Assembly (NCBI GenBank): GCA_022560375.1
Contig: JADFTK010000002.1
Span: forward strand, 1-55,237
DNA: 55,237 nt
Reading direction: 5' to 3'
From: Patescibacteria group bacterium
GTDB taxonomy: Bacteria; Patescibacteriota; Patescibacteriia; UBA10025; JAHIVO01
Position numbers and translations under genes: made by a program. Of this stretch, positions 44,575 to 55,000 are shown one piece after another; position 1 is the first letter of the stretch; each line of letters starts with the position of its first letter. Under the pieces are notes generated by a model. That model was given only the letters and a program-made list of their open reading frames with translations, did not search any database and was not told where the DNA came from.

Positions 44575-45126
44575 TTAATTAAATTTACCTGCTACCTCAG
44601 AGAGGGGATTATTTAAGGAATATTGTATAGCCTGTTTTATCCTGTCGATTATGTCTGGCAGGGCTAGCTGCTCGTCTTGACTAAATTTTTCCATGACATA
44701 GCGATCGGTGTTAATTTTTTTTTCTGCTGGCCTGAGGCCAATTCGAAATCGAACAAAATCTTTAGTTCCCAACGACTGGATAATTGATTCGACGCCGCGA
44801 TGTCCGGCTGATGAGCGGCCTTGGCCGACTCTAAGCTTGCCGAAAGCTAAATCAATGTCATCGTGTACTATCCATATATCCTCAGTTGGTATTTTATAGT
44901 ATTGGGAAATTTTCACTACCGCACTACCGGAATTATTCATGTAAGTTTGGGGTTTGGCTACTAATACTGGCTGCTCTGCCAGAGAGGTTTTCAATATCTC
45001 GGAGCTGAATTTTTTGTTTAATTGTAACGGCTCATCTACTAGGGCATCCAGTATTTTCCAGCCAAGATTATGCCTGCTGTCTATATACTCTTTACCGGGA
45101 TTACCTAGGCCAATTATTAATTTCAT
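44575..45126 (-). CDS. pth: Peptidyl-tRNA hydrolase
   Basis: LIIGLGNPGKEYIDSRHNLGW and GHRGVESI motifs. Confidence 0.9.
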   Translation of the reverse strand: MKLIIGLGNPGKEYIDSRHNLGWKILDALVDEPLQLNKKFSSEILKTSLAEQPVLVAKPQTYMNNSGSAVVKISQYYKIPTEDIWIVHDDIDLAFGKLRVGQGRSSAGHRGVESIIQSLGTKDFVRFRIGLRPAEKKINTDRYVMEKFSQDEQLALPDIIDRIKQAIQYSLNNPLSEVAGKFN

Positions 45127-45129
45127 ATT

Positions 45130-46458
45130 TCACTCCTTTTTTTGTAGAGATATATTGATGGGTGTACCGGAGAAGCCGAATCTGGAGCGTATTTTTTTTT
45201 CAAGCTGGTTGAGGTATGATTGATGGATTCTGTCGGTATGGTTGACTCTCAGTGAGAAGGATGGCGGATTATCTGTTGTCTGCTCTAGCTGGTATATGAT
45301 AGCAGATTTTTTACCTTTAGACGGTTTAGCTTTTTTGGACGGTACTGATCTCAGTATACTGCTTAGCTCGATGTCTGTCAGGTGGCGTTGGCGGGCTCGA
45401 TATATTTCCAGAGCCATTTTTAATAGGTTAGACATCCTTATTTTTTTCTTAGCGGAAACGAATACAATGGGTACCCAGTCTAGTCCCGTAAAGTAGCGGC
45501 GGTATTGTTTGAGGAATTTTTTTAAAGTTTGGGGACTTTTGTCTTCGATGAGGTCCCATTTATTAGCCACTATGATCACGCTGTTTTTCTGGTCCAGGGC
45601 CAGTTGGGCTACCACCTGATCTTGGCTGGACAAGGGGGAGCTGACCTCGGTAACAATCAGTGATACGTCGGAGCGTTTGATTGTCTGCAATGTTTTGCTG
45701 ACGCTCATTTTTTCTATATAGTAATGCAATTTTCTTTTTTTACGCATGCCCGCCGTGTCCACTAGTAAGATATCTTTTCCCTGAAAATGTACTCGAGTGT
45801 CATAAGGTTCCCTAGTAGTATGAGGATATGGCGTGACGATGACTCTTTCTTCTCCTAGAATGGCATTTAATATGGAAGATTTTCCGACGTTGGTTTTTCC
45901 GATAATAGACAGCTTCAGATCGTATGATTGCTCCACTATTTTTCTGGTTGGCAGTAGGGTCACTAAATGATCCAGCATATCACCAGTACCGCGGCCGGAT
46001 ATGGCTGAGACATGCCACGGCTCGCCTAATCCTAATTTATGGAAGTCGGGTGAAACATTGTCGTGAATTTTTTGGCTGTCCACTTTATTTATTACTAGTA
46101 AGGTCTTTTTTCTATTTTTAATAAGAGTTCTGGCGATTTTTCGATCTTCTAACGTCAGTTCGAGGCGGCCATCCATTATATAAATAACTAGATAGGCCTG
46201 GTCTATGGCTTGGAACGCTTTTTTCTGTACGTAGAGTTCTATCTGTCCCAGCTGGGCAGCATCCAGCCCGCCAGTATCCACCAAAGTAAAAGATTTATTC
46301 CGCCAAGAAATATCGGAATAATTTAAATCCCGGGTAGTGCCGGGAGTAGGGGAGACTATCGCTTTGGCTGTCTCTGTCAGAGTATTGAAGAGAGTGGATT
46401 TACCAGCATTGATGCGGCCGACTAGTACTACCTTAGGTAGCTTATGAGACTTGGACAT
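45130..46458 (-). CDS. der: Ribosome-associated GTPase Der (EngA), two G domains plus KH-like domain
   Basis: GRINAGKST and GKTNVGKSS P-loops, plus DTGG and DTAG motifs. Confidence 0.9.
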   Translation of the reverse strand: MSKSHKLPKVVLVGRINAGKSTLFNTLTETAKAIVSPTPGTTRDLNYSDISWRNKSFTLVDTGGLDAAQLGQIELYVQKKAFQAIDQAYLVIYIMDGRLELTLEDRKIARTLIKNRKKTLLVINKVDSQKIHDNVSPDFHKLGLGEPWHVSAISGRGTGDMLDHLVTLLPTRKIVEQSYDLKLSIIGKTNVGKSSILNAILGEERVIVTPYPHTTREPYDTRVHFQGKDILLVDTAGMRKKRKLHYYIEKMSVSKTLQTIKRSDVSLIVTEVSSPLSSQDQVVAQLALDQKNSVIIVANKWDLIEDKSPQTLKKFLKQYRRYFTGLDWVPIVFVSAKKKIRMSNLLKMALEIYRARQRHLTDIELSSILRSVPSKKAKPSKGKKSAIIYQLEQTTDNPPSFSLRVNHTDRIHQSYLNQLEKKIRSRFGFSGTPINISLQKKE

Positions 46459-46479
46459 ATTAATTTTCTATTAATACCA

Positions 46480-47931
46480 TTAATCAGTATGCCTGGATAT
46501 TTGAGCCGTCGATATTTGGTCTTGGCCGATGATAATGAGTATATCGACATTGGTGGCACTAGTAGTACGGGGACTATTCGAATTAGTCATACCCACCGAT
46601 TTAGCTGGAGCGATATTGGCATCAAGAATATTTTTTAGGCTTACTAAGGTATATGGCTTGGTACCGCCCGATAAGTCATATATAGTGGTAGTGGTAATAG
46701 CCTCCTCCGTATCCGCGTTACTGATCTGTATGACATTGTATTGCAGCCCTTTTAGCTTATTCGCTGTTTTGGTGGCCAGTCCGATAACGTTAGTGCCATT
46801 CTGTACTTCGATTTTAGCTTTTTCACGGGCAATGAAGCTAGTATTAAACACATTTTTCATGCGGTATTGAATGGCACTATAGTCACCTGAATTAGGCAGG
46901 AGTATGTAGGCCCCATCGATTGTAGTATCAGAGTAGAGCAACCCCTCGTCACTAGTATCTAGGGACAAGGAAATTATTTTATCTTTGTTAATATTATCAG
47001 CAATTTTTGCTAGTTTGACTATTTCCCATATCTGCATATTTGTCTTATTGTGCTTGCCTAGGTTATCTAAGGCAGATACAATACCGGCCGGATTCAGGAA
47101 GGTATTTAAAGAAAGGAATTTTTCTTTGAAGGCAAAAAGAACTTTTTGTTGGCGTTGGGATCGTGCAAAGTCAGAGCCCTCACCATTAGTGCCGTGCCTG
47201 GAGCGGGAGTATTGCAGGGCACGCTCTCCATCCATATGATTAATCCCTTCTTTAAATGAAACTACTTGAAACCCGAAGTTATAATCAGGGTACTGGTAGT
47301 CGGTGAAGGCATTATCTACATCTATATCAAGTCCATTTAAATCGTCAATTACTTTTTTGAATCCTTCAAAATCAATGCGAGCATAATAGTGTATAGGTTC
47401 ACCGGTAACTTCGGTAACGACCTCGGCTAGCAGTGCTTCTCCGCCACCAGGGTAGTCGTCATTCATGCCAAAGGCAATAGAATTATTTATTTTTCTCCAG
47501 CCAAAAGTTGGTATGTCTACGTATAAATCACGAGGGATAGACATGGTGGCCACCTCATTGGTTGAGGGTTTGATACTGACTACCATAATAGTATCGGCTA
47601 AATATGAGCCAGGATGTCCCGCCCCGCCAATGCCGACTAATAATATATTAATCCGGTCATTACTTTCGCCAGCTAATTTTTTATCCGGATTAGAGATTAA
47701 ATGCTTAATTTGCTCAATAAAACTAACCTTAGCACCTGATTCCGAATTAGTGCTGTTGACTGCCAGAATTACCTTGGTAAAAAATCCCAGCCCAATCATT
47801 ACCACAACTAAAAGAAGCACCAGTGATGACCACATTAGCCGACGGGATTTCTTGGCGGGTGCGGCCACTTGATAAATGTTACTGGCCTTCTGGAGAATTT
47901 TTTGGTTCTCTTGGTTGAGTAAATTAGGCAT
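46480..47931 (-). CDS. LytR-CpsA-Psr (LCP) family protein with C-terminal LytR_C domain
   Basis: N-terminal TM. NILLVGIGG...ADTIMVVSI...SIPRDLYV. C-terminal KIEVQNGTNVIGLA. Confidence 0.8.
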   Translation of the reverse strand: MPNLLNQENQKILQKASNIYQVAAPAKKSRRLMWSSLVLLLVVVMIGLGFFTKVILAVNSTNSESGAKVSFIEQIKHLISNPDKKLAGESNDRINILLVGIGGAGHPGSYLADTIMVVSIKPSTNEVATMSIPRDLYVDIPTFGWRKINNSIAFGMNDDYPGGGEALLAEVVTEVTGEPIHYYARIDFEGFKKVIDDLNGLDIDVDNAFTDYQYPDYNFGFQVVSFKEGINHMDGERALQYSRSRHGTNGEGSDFARSQRQQKVLFAFKEKFLSLNTFLNPAGIVSALDNLGKHNKTNMQIWEIVKLAKIADNINKDKIISLSLDTSDEGLLYSDTTIDGAYILLPNSGDYSAIQYRMKNVFNTSFIAREKAKIEVQNGTNVIGLATKTANKLKGLQYNVIQISNADTEEAITTTTIYDLSGGTKPYTLVSLKNILDANIAPAKSVGMTNSNSPRTTSATNVDILIIIGQDQISTAQISRHTD

Positions 47932-48021
47932 AAAGTAGTGTCATTATAGTAAAATAGGCACGTCTAGTCAAAAGTATTTGATGTACATTGGATTTTGCTC
48001 ATGTTACAATTTGGATGCTTT

Positions 48022-48726
48022 ATGAATTCAGTAATAATCCTCCCCACCTATAATGAAAAAGAAAATATAGCTGGCATAGTACAGGAGATTTTTTCTATTG
48101 GAATTAGTGATCTGAAGGTAATAATTGTTGATGATAATTCTCCGGATGGCACTGGGCAAATAGCTGACAAATTAGCTGCCGAAAATTCCCGAATTAGTGT
48201 ACTGCACAGGCCCAAAAAAGAAGGATTGGGTAAGGCGTATATGGCTGGCTTCCAAGAAGCCTTAAGTGATCCACAAAATCAGTACATATTTGAAATGGAT
48301 GCGGATTTTTCTCATCAGCCAAAGTATTTACCAAGATTTTTAGATAGCATGGAGCAGGCCGATCTGACGCTCGGCTCTAGATATATAGTTGGTGGTGGCA
48401 TAGCCAACTGGAGTTGGCCACGCCGTTTCATTAGTTGGCTGGCTAATATTATTATCCGCAAGTTGCTAGGTGTGGCAGTGCGGGATTTGACGGGGGGATT
48501 TAAATGTTTTAACCGTCGGGTTTTAGAAAATATGGATTTAGAAAATATTGAGTCCCGGGGGTACAATTTTCAGATAGAGTTAACCTACAAAGCTATAAAA
48601 AAAGGTTTCCGAATTAAGGAAGTACCCATCGTATTTGTTGAGAGACGGGCGGGTCACTCGAAATTTAGCGCTGCTATTATGATAGAAAGTTTTTGGAAGG
48701 TACTAATGTTGCGATTTAAGAAATAA
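48022..48726 (+). CDS. GT2 polyprenol-phosphate mannosyltransferase (Dpm1-like)
   Basis: VIILPTYNEKENI, IIVDDNSPDGT, EMDADFSH. Start taken at the internal Met (MNSVII). Confidence 0.8.
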   Translation: MNSVIILPTYNEKENIAGIVQEIFSIGISDLKVIIVDDNSPDGTGQIADKLAAENSRISVLHRPKKEGLGKAYMAGFQEALSDPQNQYIFEMDADFSHQPKYLPRFLDSMEQADLTLGSRYIVGGGIANWSWPRRFISWLANIIIRKLLGVAVRDLTGGFKCFNRRVLENMDLENIESRGYNFQIELTYKAIKKGFRIKEVPIVFVERRAGHSKFSAAIMIESFWKVLMLRFKK

Positions 48727-48883
48727 ACGTAGATTACTGCGCCTAGCCAATAATAAGATTAATATTTACCCTTTTTTATTGTTAAGTGATACTGGTAAAA
48801 GCCTATAAATAAAGGGTAACAATCAATTTTGGTAATTTAGTTATAGTTATAACCCCGGTCATTAGTGATTGGATGTTTTTAAA

Positions 48884-48913
48884 TTGGACAAAACTCTCCA
48901 TATCTGCTATACT
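48884..48913 (+). promoter_or_regulatory. Candidate promoter of the giant ORF (TTGGAC-N18-TATACT with TGn)
   Basis: TTGGAC at 48884-48889, TGC then TATACT at 48905-48913. The leader hairpin TAAGTTAGG/CCTAACTTA lies at 48930-48958. Confidence 0.4.
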
Positions 48914-49032
48914 CAAAAAAGTTCATTGGTAAGTTAGGACGGAGCTAGGCCTAACTTAAGCGAAAAAATAATAAAATAACCGTGGGGCTGTTTTCGCTTT
49001 CTAAAAAACAAAAATCAGGAGCGTCAAGCAAG

Positions 49033-52000
49033 ATGAGCATTGTTGATTTTGATGCTCTGCCAAACCTCCTTACTATTGATCAGGTAAGTGGGATTCTTGG
49101 GGTACATCCAAACACTCTGCGCAATTGGGATCGCTCAGGAAAATTAAAAGCGACTCGTATAGGCTCTAGGCAGGATCGTCGCTATGACCGTGAGCTAGTA
49201 AAAAAATTCTATCATAAATCCGACACTCAGCCACATCCAGAACCGCCCAAAAAACCTGAAGAGCAGAACTACGTAATAAAATTTGATTTTACGCCACGCT
49301 CCATCAAGCTCTATGCTATGAGCCGGCGTTTTTCAATTTTTGTATTTTCTACTTTGATGGTGGCTTTTTCATTTGCCGTGCTTCAAGTTACCTTTTTTGC
49401 CTATATTTTCTTAGTACAAGCTGAAGTAAGCCCCATTGAATCTTTCCAAATCCAACCGGCTGAGCTATCAGGTTGGGAGGGTGCGGATTTTGCCTCTCAA
49501 ATAGATTTGCTGCCCACGTCTTCAATAGAGGATTTTAACCAAGACAACTCTGCGGTATACAGAAAAATCCCCGTTACTGATCTGTCAACCGAGGAAGAAG
49601 AAGTGGTTGTTGGTGAGTTACCGGGTGTCAGCAACCAGTTAGTAGCTAGCGGGTTCGCCCTGCCTGAGAGCATATCGCCGCAGTCCACTCTTATTGGTGC
49701 CCGAGTTGATATTTCTTTAGCCGCGGAGGGGTATGTGGATAGCGCTGATGTAATAGTTTTTTCCTATTCGTTAGATAATGGTACTACCTGGCAAACATTA
49801 GATTCTTTTGGCCTTATTGATCATATCAGCAATATTACTAATCAGGGATATTGGACCTATGCTTTAGATGAATTGAAAGATCCAGAGCAGTTAGATGTAT
49901 TTAAAGTACGTATTGAATATGCAGCCGAGCCGTCAGAGCAGGAAACGCGTGCCTTGCTTGATGGTATTGCCTTGGCCCTGGAGGTGCAGCCGCCAGATCC
50001 GGTAATTGAGGAAATAAATGACAGCGTGGATTTTATAGTTAAAGAAACCGATTTGACTATAGAAGATGAGCCGGTCATTGAGGTTGAGGTAAAGGAGGAA
50101 TCCTTCTTTGACTTTATCGGGGTGGAGCCTACGAAACGTGAAATTAAATCAATTAAAATTATCAACCCCAGCGGGGAAGTACGCGAAGCAGATGTAGACG
50201 TGTCTGAGCAGGTAGCAGGTGATATTACCACCGCTGAATTGGTGGTGCAGAGGAAAAATTTTACCCAGCCGGGTAAATACAGCGTAATAATTGAGATAGA
50301 GCAAGAGGGACGCATAGAAGAAATTATTTATGATTTCACCTGGGGAGTATTAGCCCTAAATCCTGATCAATCCCTATATAAAACAGGCCAGCAAGCTACC
50401 TTTTCCATTGGCGCCTTAGATGATGTCGGTCAGATTGTTTGTGATGCTGACATTACCCTGACTATTACTGATCCGGATGGGAAAAAATCCATAAAATCTA
50501 CAGCTGACGGCAGTATTGAAGTGACTGACTTCTGCGGTCAGAAGCAGTTATATGAAAAACCTGATTATTTGGCCACTTATCTTGTAGCGATTCCAGGCAC
50601 CTATGATCTGCACATGGAAGCAATTGTATCAGGTAATTTACGTGTGCTAAGTGATAGTTTTGTCGCGGAATTAAGCCCAGCGTATACTTTGAAGCGTCTG
50701 GGACCAACCCGTGTCTTTCCGGTATTATATCAGCCGATGAATTTTGAGGTGACGGCTTACGTGGATTTTGATGGCAAGATTGTGGAATTATTCCCAGCGG
50801 ATTTCGAGGTGATACCGGAGTTTGGTGGAGTAGAGGTACCCTATGATACTGGCACGGAAATAATTAAATCCATAGAATGGGAAAAAACTATCGGAGCCGG
50901 TGATACTATTACAGTTGGCTATACATTTAAGTCCCCAGAGAAGAGCCCAGTGCTCTATGAACTGGGCCCAGCTAAAGTGGGCGACTGGGAAGAGCTAAGG
51001 AAATGGCAGCTGGCCATTGACCCGACATTTATGTTTATACTGGCTACCAGCGGATCGGCGGCTAGCGGCTGGACTACTAATACCACCTATGACGGTAAGT
51101 TTCTTCGTGGAGCAGCCACCCAAGGTGGCACTGGCGGCAGCGCTACCAATACCCATACTGTTACTAATCAAACAATGAGTAATGCATCGGCTCAACGTCC
51201 CACGGAACCATGTTCTAGATCTTGTTTTGGAGTGTCTTCGGTCGGCCACACGCATTCTTTGACTAACCCCACCGTCGGCAACGCTAACAATGACCCGGCC
51301 AATTATTCGTTTGTATTATGGAAACATAATACGGGTATACCAACTCAAGTAGAGAATAATACCTTTGGGTTTTTTGCCTCTGCTCCCAGTGGCAGCTGGA
51401 CGCATTTTTCAAACTCCGGCAGCAATGCCCAAAATCGGTTGGTTGAAATTAATAGCTCCCACGCCCAAAGCGGCAGTGATACGCATACGCATAACCTCAC
51501 TTGGCAATCATTAGGTACTGGTACAGGTGAAAATAATATACCGCAGGTTTTTGGTGGAGTAAAAACTCACACAAATGATACCCACATCCATACGGCACCA
51601 TCAGCTGGTAACTCTACCTCAGCTACTTCCGTGCCGGTTTATGTGAATACGCTTATATACAAAAGTACGGCTCAGCAGGATATACCCAACGGATTTATTG
51701 GACTTTTCGATGCTGATCCAGGAACCGACTGGGATGTAATATCTGACGCTAGTCCTTATCTGAATAATTTTATCCGCGGTTCTACCAGCGAGGGCACCAC
51801 AAGCGGGTCAAATACGCATAGCCAAAGTGATACCACTAGCGGTGCTTCCGGATCTTCCAGCTCAAATCAAACGTATTCTGATAATGCCGGAACTGGAAAT
51901 GCGAAATCGGGCCATACGCACACGCTGACCGCCACCCTAAGTTCGAACGTCAATCATGAGCCATCGTATGCCAATTTTGTATTAGCTAAATGTACTAAAG

Positions 52001-55000
52001 GTGGTGGCTGTGGTGCTGGCGCAGTAGATCTGACCGGCAAAGCATACACTGATGATACAGAAGGCACACCGATTACCACTGGCACCAGCGTTTGTGTAGC
52101 GGTTAATGGTACATCATCTGATTGTGATGCCACTGACTCAAGCGGCGTCTTTAATATTACTGGAGTGACCACTAGTTCTGGGGATCAGCTGACATTTTTT
52201 ATTGATGGCGGCTCGATACTGGGTAATGCAGTAACTGTCAGCGATGGTGGGGCCATAGTTACCGGAGACAATTTACGAATATATGAGAATACTGTTCTAG
52301 TCCGGCGAGAGACGGGCACATCTATAGAAATATTAGAGATGGATGCCTATGATAATGACCAAAATGCTACTGATATGCTATACGATGCGACTGATGCGGC
52401 TCCCGACACTTTAATTTTGGAATCAGGCATAGAATTGTTCGTCTACACTGGCCATACTTTTGATCCTAATGGCCGGGTAACATTGGCTGGGGTAGCGGAT
52501 TTTGATGTTAGGGGTACTGCCTATCTGGATACGGCCACTAGCACTGTATCAGATGAAATAAAATTACCGTCAGGCGGCTCATTAACCATATCAGCTTCCA
52601 CCAATGTACAAGGTGGTGGTGAGGCCATATTTATGACTGGCGGGACACTTACAATTAGTGGCGGCACCACTACGGTTACCGGTGGTCTGGAAATGGATAG
52701 TGGGACGGCCACGATTTCTACAACTTTTGACCTTACTGGCGATATTGATGTCAATGGCGGAACGCTGAATATTAATACTAGCGCTAATGTAGATTTTGAT
52801 GGGGTCTTTTGTACTCAAGTAGGGGGAACGGCTAATTTTAATGGCGGCACCACTGATGGTAATACAGCTGGCGCATCGCATTTCCGCTTTAATGGAGGGA
52901 CAATATTAGTGGCCGGCGGTACGCATAGAACCGGTACTAACTCAATTATTGAAATGGGACGAAACACTACTGCTAATTGTATGAATGATGGAACCAGGGG
53001 GACGACCACATTTAATATGACCGGCGGCACGATACAAACCCGGGGCTGGGCATTTTACAGTAATTATACTGTTAATTCAACCACGACAACAGGTGGTACG
53101 GCTACGCTTGGCTATTCAGGATCTGCACCGGATATTTATAACGTAAATACCGGTACCTGGACTTTTTATGATTTTGACATAGCGGCTGGTCGATCTCCCA
53201 ATCTCCACCCCTCGTCGACCCAGGCAATGCCTGTGAAAAATGATTTTACTATTAATACTGGAGGATCTCTGGAAATGAATAGTGAGGCCATGACCATCGG
53301 AGGTGATTGGTTTAATGCTGGGACATTGATAGCTGAAACCGGCACAGTTACTTTGACCGGCACTGGGGCAATTAATGGCACGGCTGATACCACCTTTAAT
53401 AATTTAATTATCGGAGATGGATCCGCCGGTACTATAACTGTCAACGGCACCGATGATCCAATCATTGCCGGCACCCTGGATGTAGATACTGGTGATACTC
53501 TCTCATTATCAAGTGGCCGAACATTAACCAGTGACAGCACCCTGACTATAGATGGTACTATTTCTGGGGCTGGCACTCTAATTATTACTGATACCTCTAG
53601 TGGCCCGGCGGCTACTGGCACCCTTAGCTCTCTGGTACGATTTGATTCATCGGGGGGTAATATTCTCAACACGACTTTTGATGCCAGGACATATGCCGGT
53701 AACGTCGAGTTGTATGGAAATAACTCCTCTAATACTATCACCCCTGCTTCTGGCACTATTAATTTTTCGGGTAACCTAACTCTGACCCAAGATGGAACAG
53801 GGGCCACCACGTCTAATTTCAATATAAATGATCCCACGGTAACAGTTACTGGCAATGTAAGCATTGATACTAGTACCACATTTTCTTCATCAAGTGCCCA
53901 AACTCTTGATCTGAATGGGGATTATACTAATAATGGTACTTTTACTGATAACTCTGGCACGGTTTTATTGTCAGGTACAGGTCAGCAAACATTATCAGGA
54001 ACCATGGTCTCAGGTGGTAATGATTTTAATAATTTAATAGTTACTAATACCTTCGGGAGTGTTACAGGTTGTGCGACTTTAACTACCAAGGGTATAGATT
54101 TTGCTGCCTCAGCAGATGTCTCAGGAACATTTACTGTAAATGACAATGCTCATATAGAATATAATTCTGGGTCAACCTATGCTTTTACTAACATTGATTG
54201 GACTGGTTCAGCTAGTAACGACATTATTTTTAGAAGTTCTACTACTTCTGTCTGGGATCTAAATGTCACCAACACCAGCGTCGTATCTTATGTTGATGTA
54301 GCTTATTCTGATGCCACACCTGGTGTAGATATTGATGCAGATGATGGGACAAATACTGATTGTAATAATAATACTGCCTGGACATTCCCAGCTGGTGGGA
54401 TAAATGTAGCTGGTAGTTCAAATTCATCAGGTTCTGTTAAGATAGCGGTTAATGGAACATTGCAATCCGGAAGTTATACAATTAGTGGTAGTGCCTGGAA
54501 CATTACCACCGATTCAGCGTTATCAGGTGGTGAGACTATTACGGCCTTTATTAACGGAGCGACGACTGCTAATGAATCTACGGCTGTAACTGAGTATGAC
54601 GGGACGGACGGGATTACCGGCATGGTGCTTGATCAAAATGCGTTGTCTGTTGGCAGTGCTGATACAGGGGTGACTCTAACGGTGACCCAGCTGGGCCAAT
54701 ATGACAATGATCAAGATGAAGATATCATGCACTCGGCCAATGCCAGCACTCTGACGGTGGATGACGATAATGTTTATGCCACCGATACTATTGAGATGCT
54801 GTCTGGAGACACCCTGACTATCGGCGGTGCGGAGACGCTGGTGGCCTATACAGTAAAAATATCCGGGACGTTGGCCTCAGGGGGCGGTAGTGCCTATACG
54901 GTCAATGGCGACTGGACTAATAATGGTACCTTTACGGCCAGCACCAGCACTGTGCAGATGATCGGCACTGCCTCAATCAACGGTTCGTCTGGTACCACCT

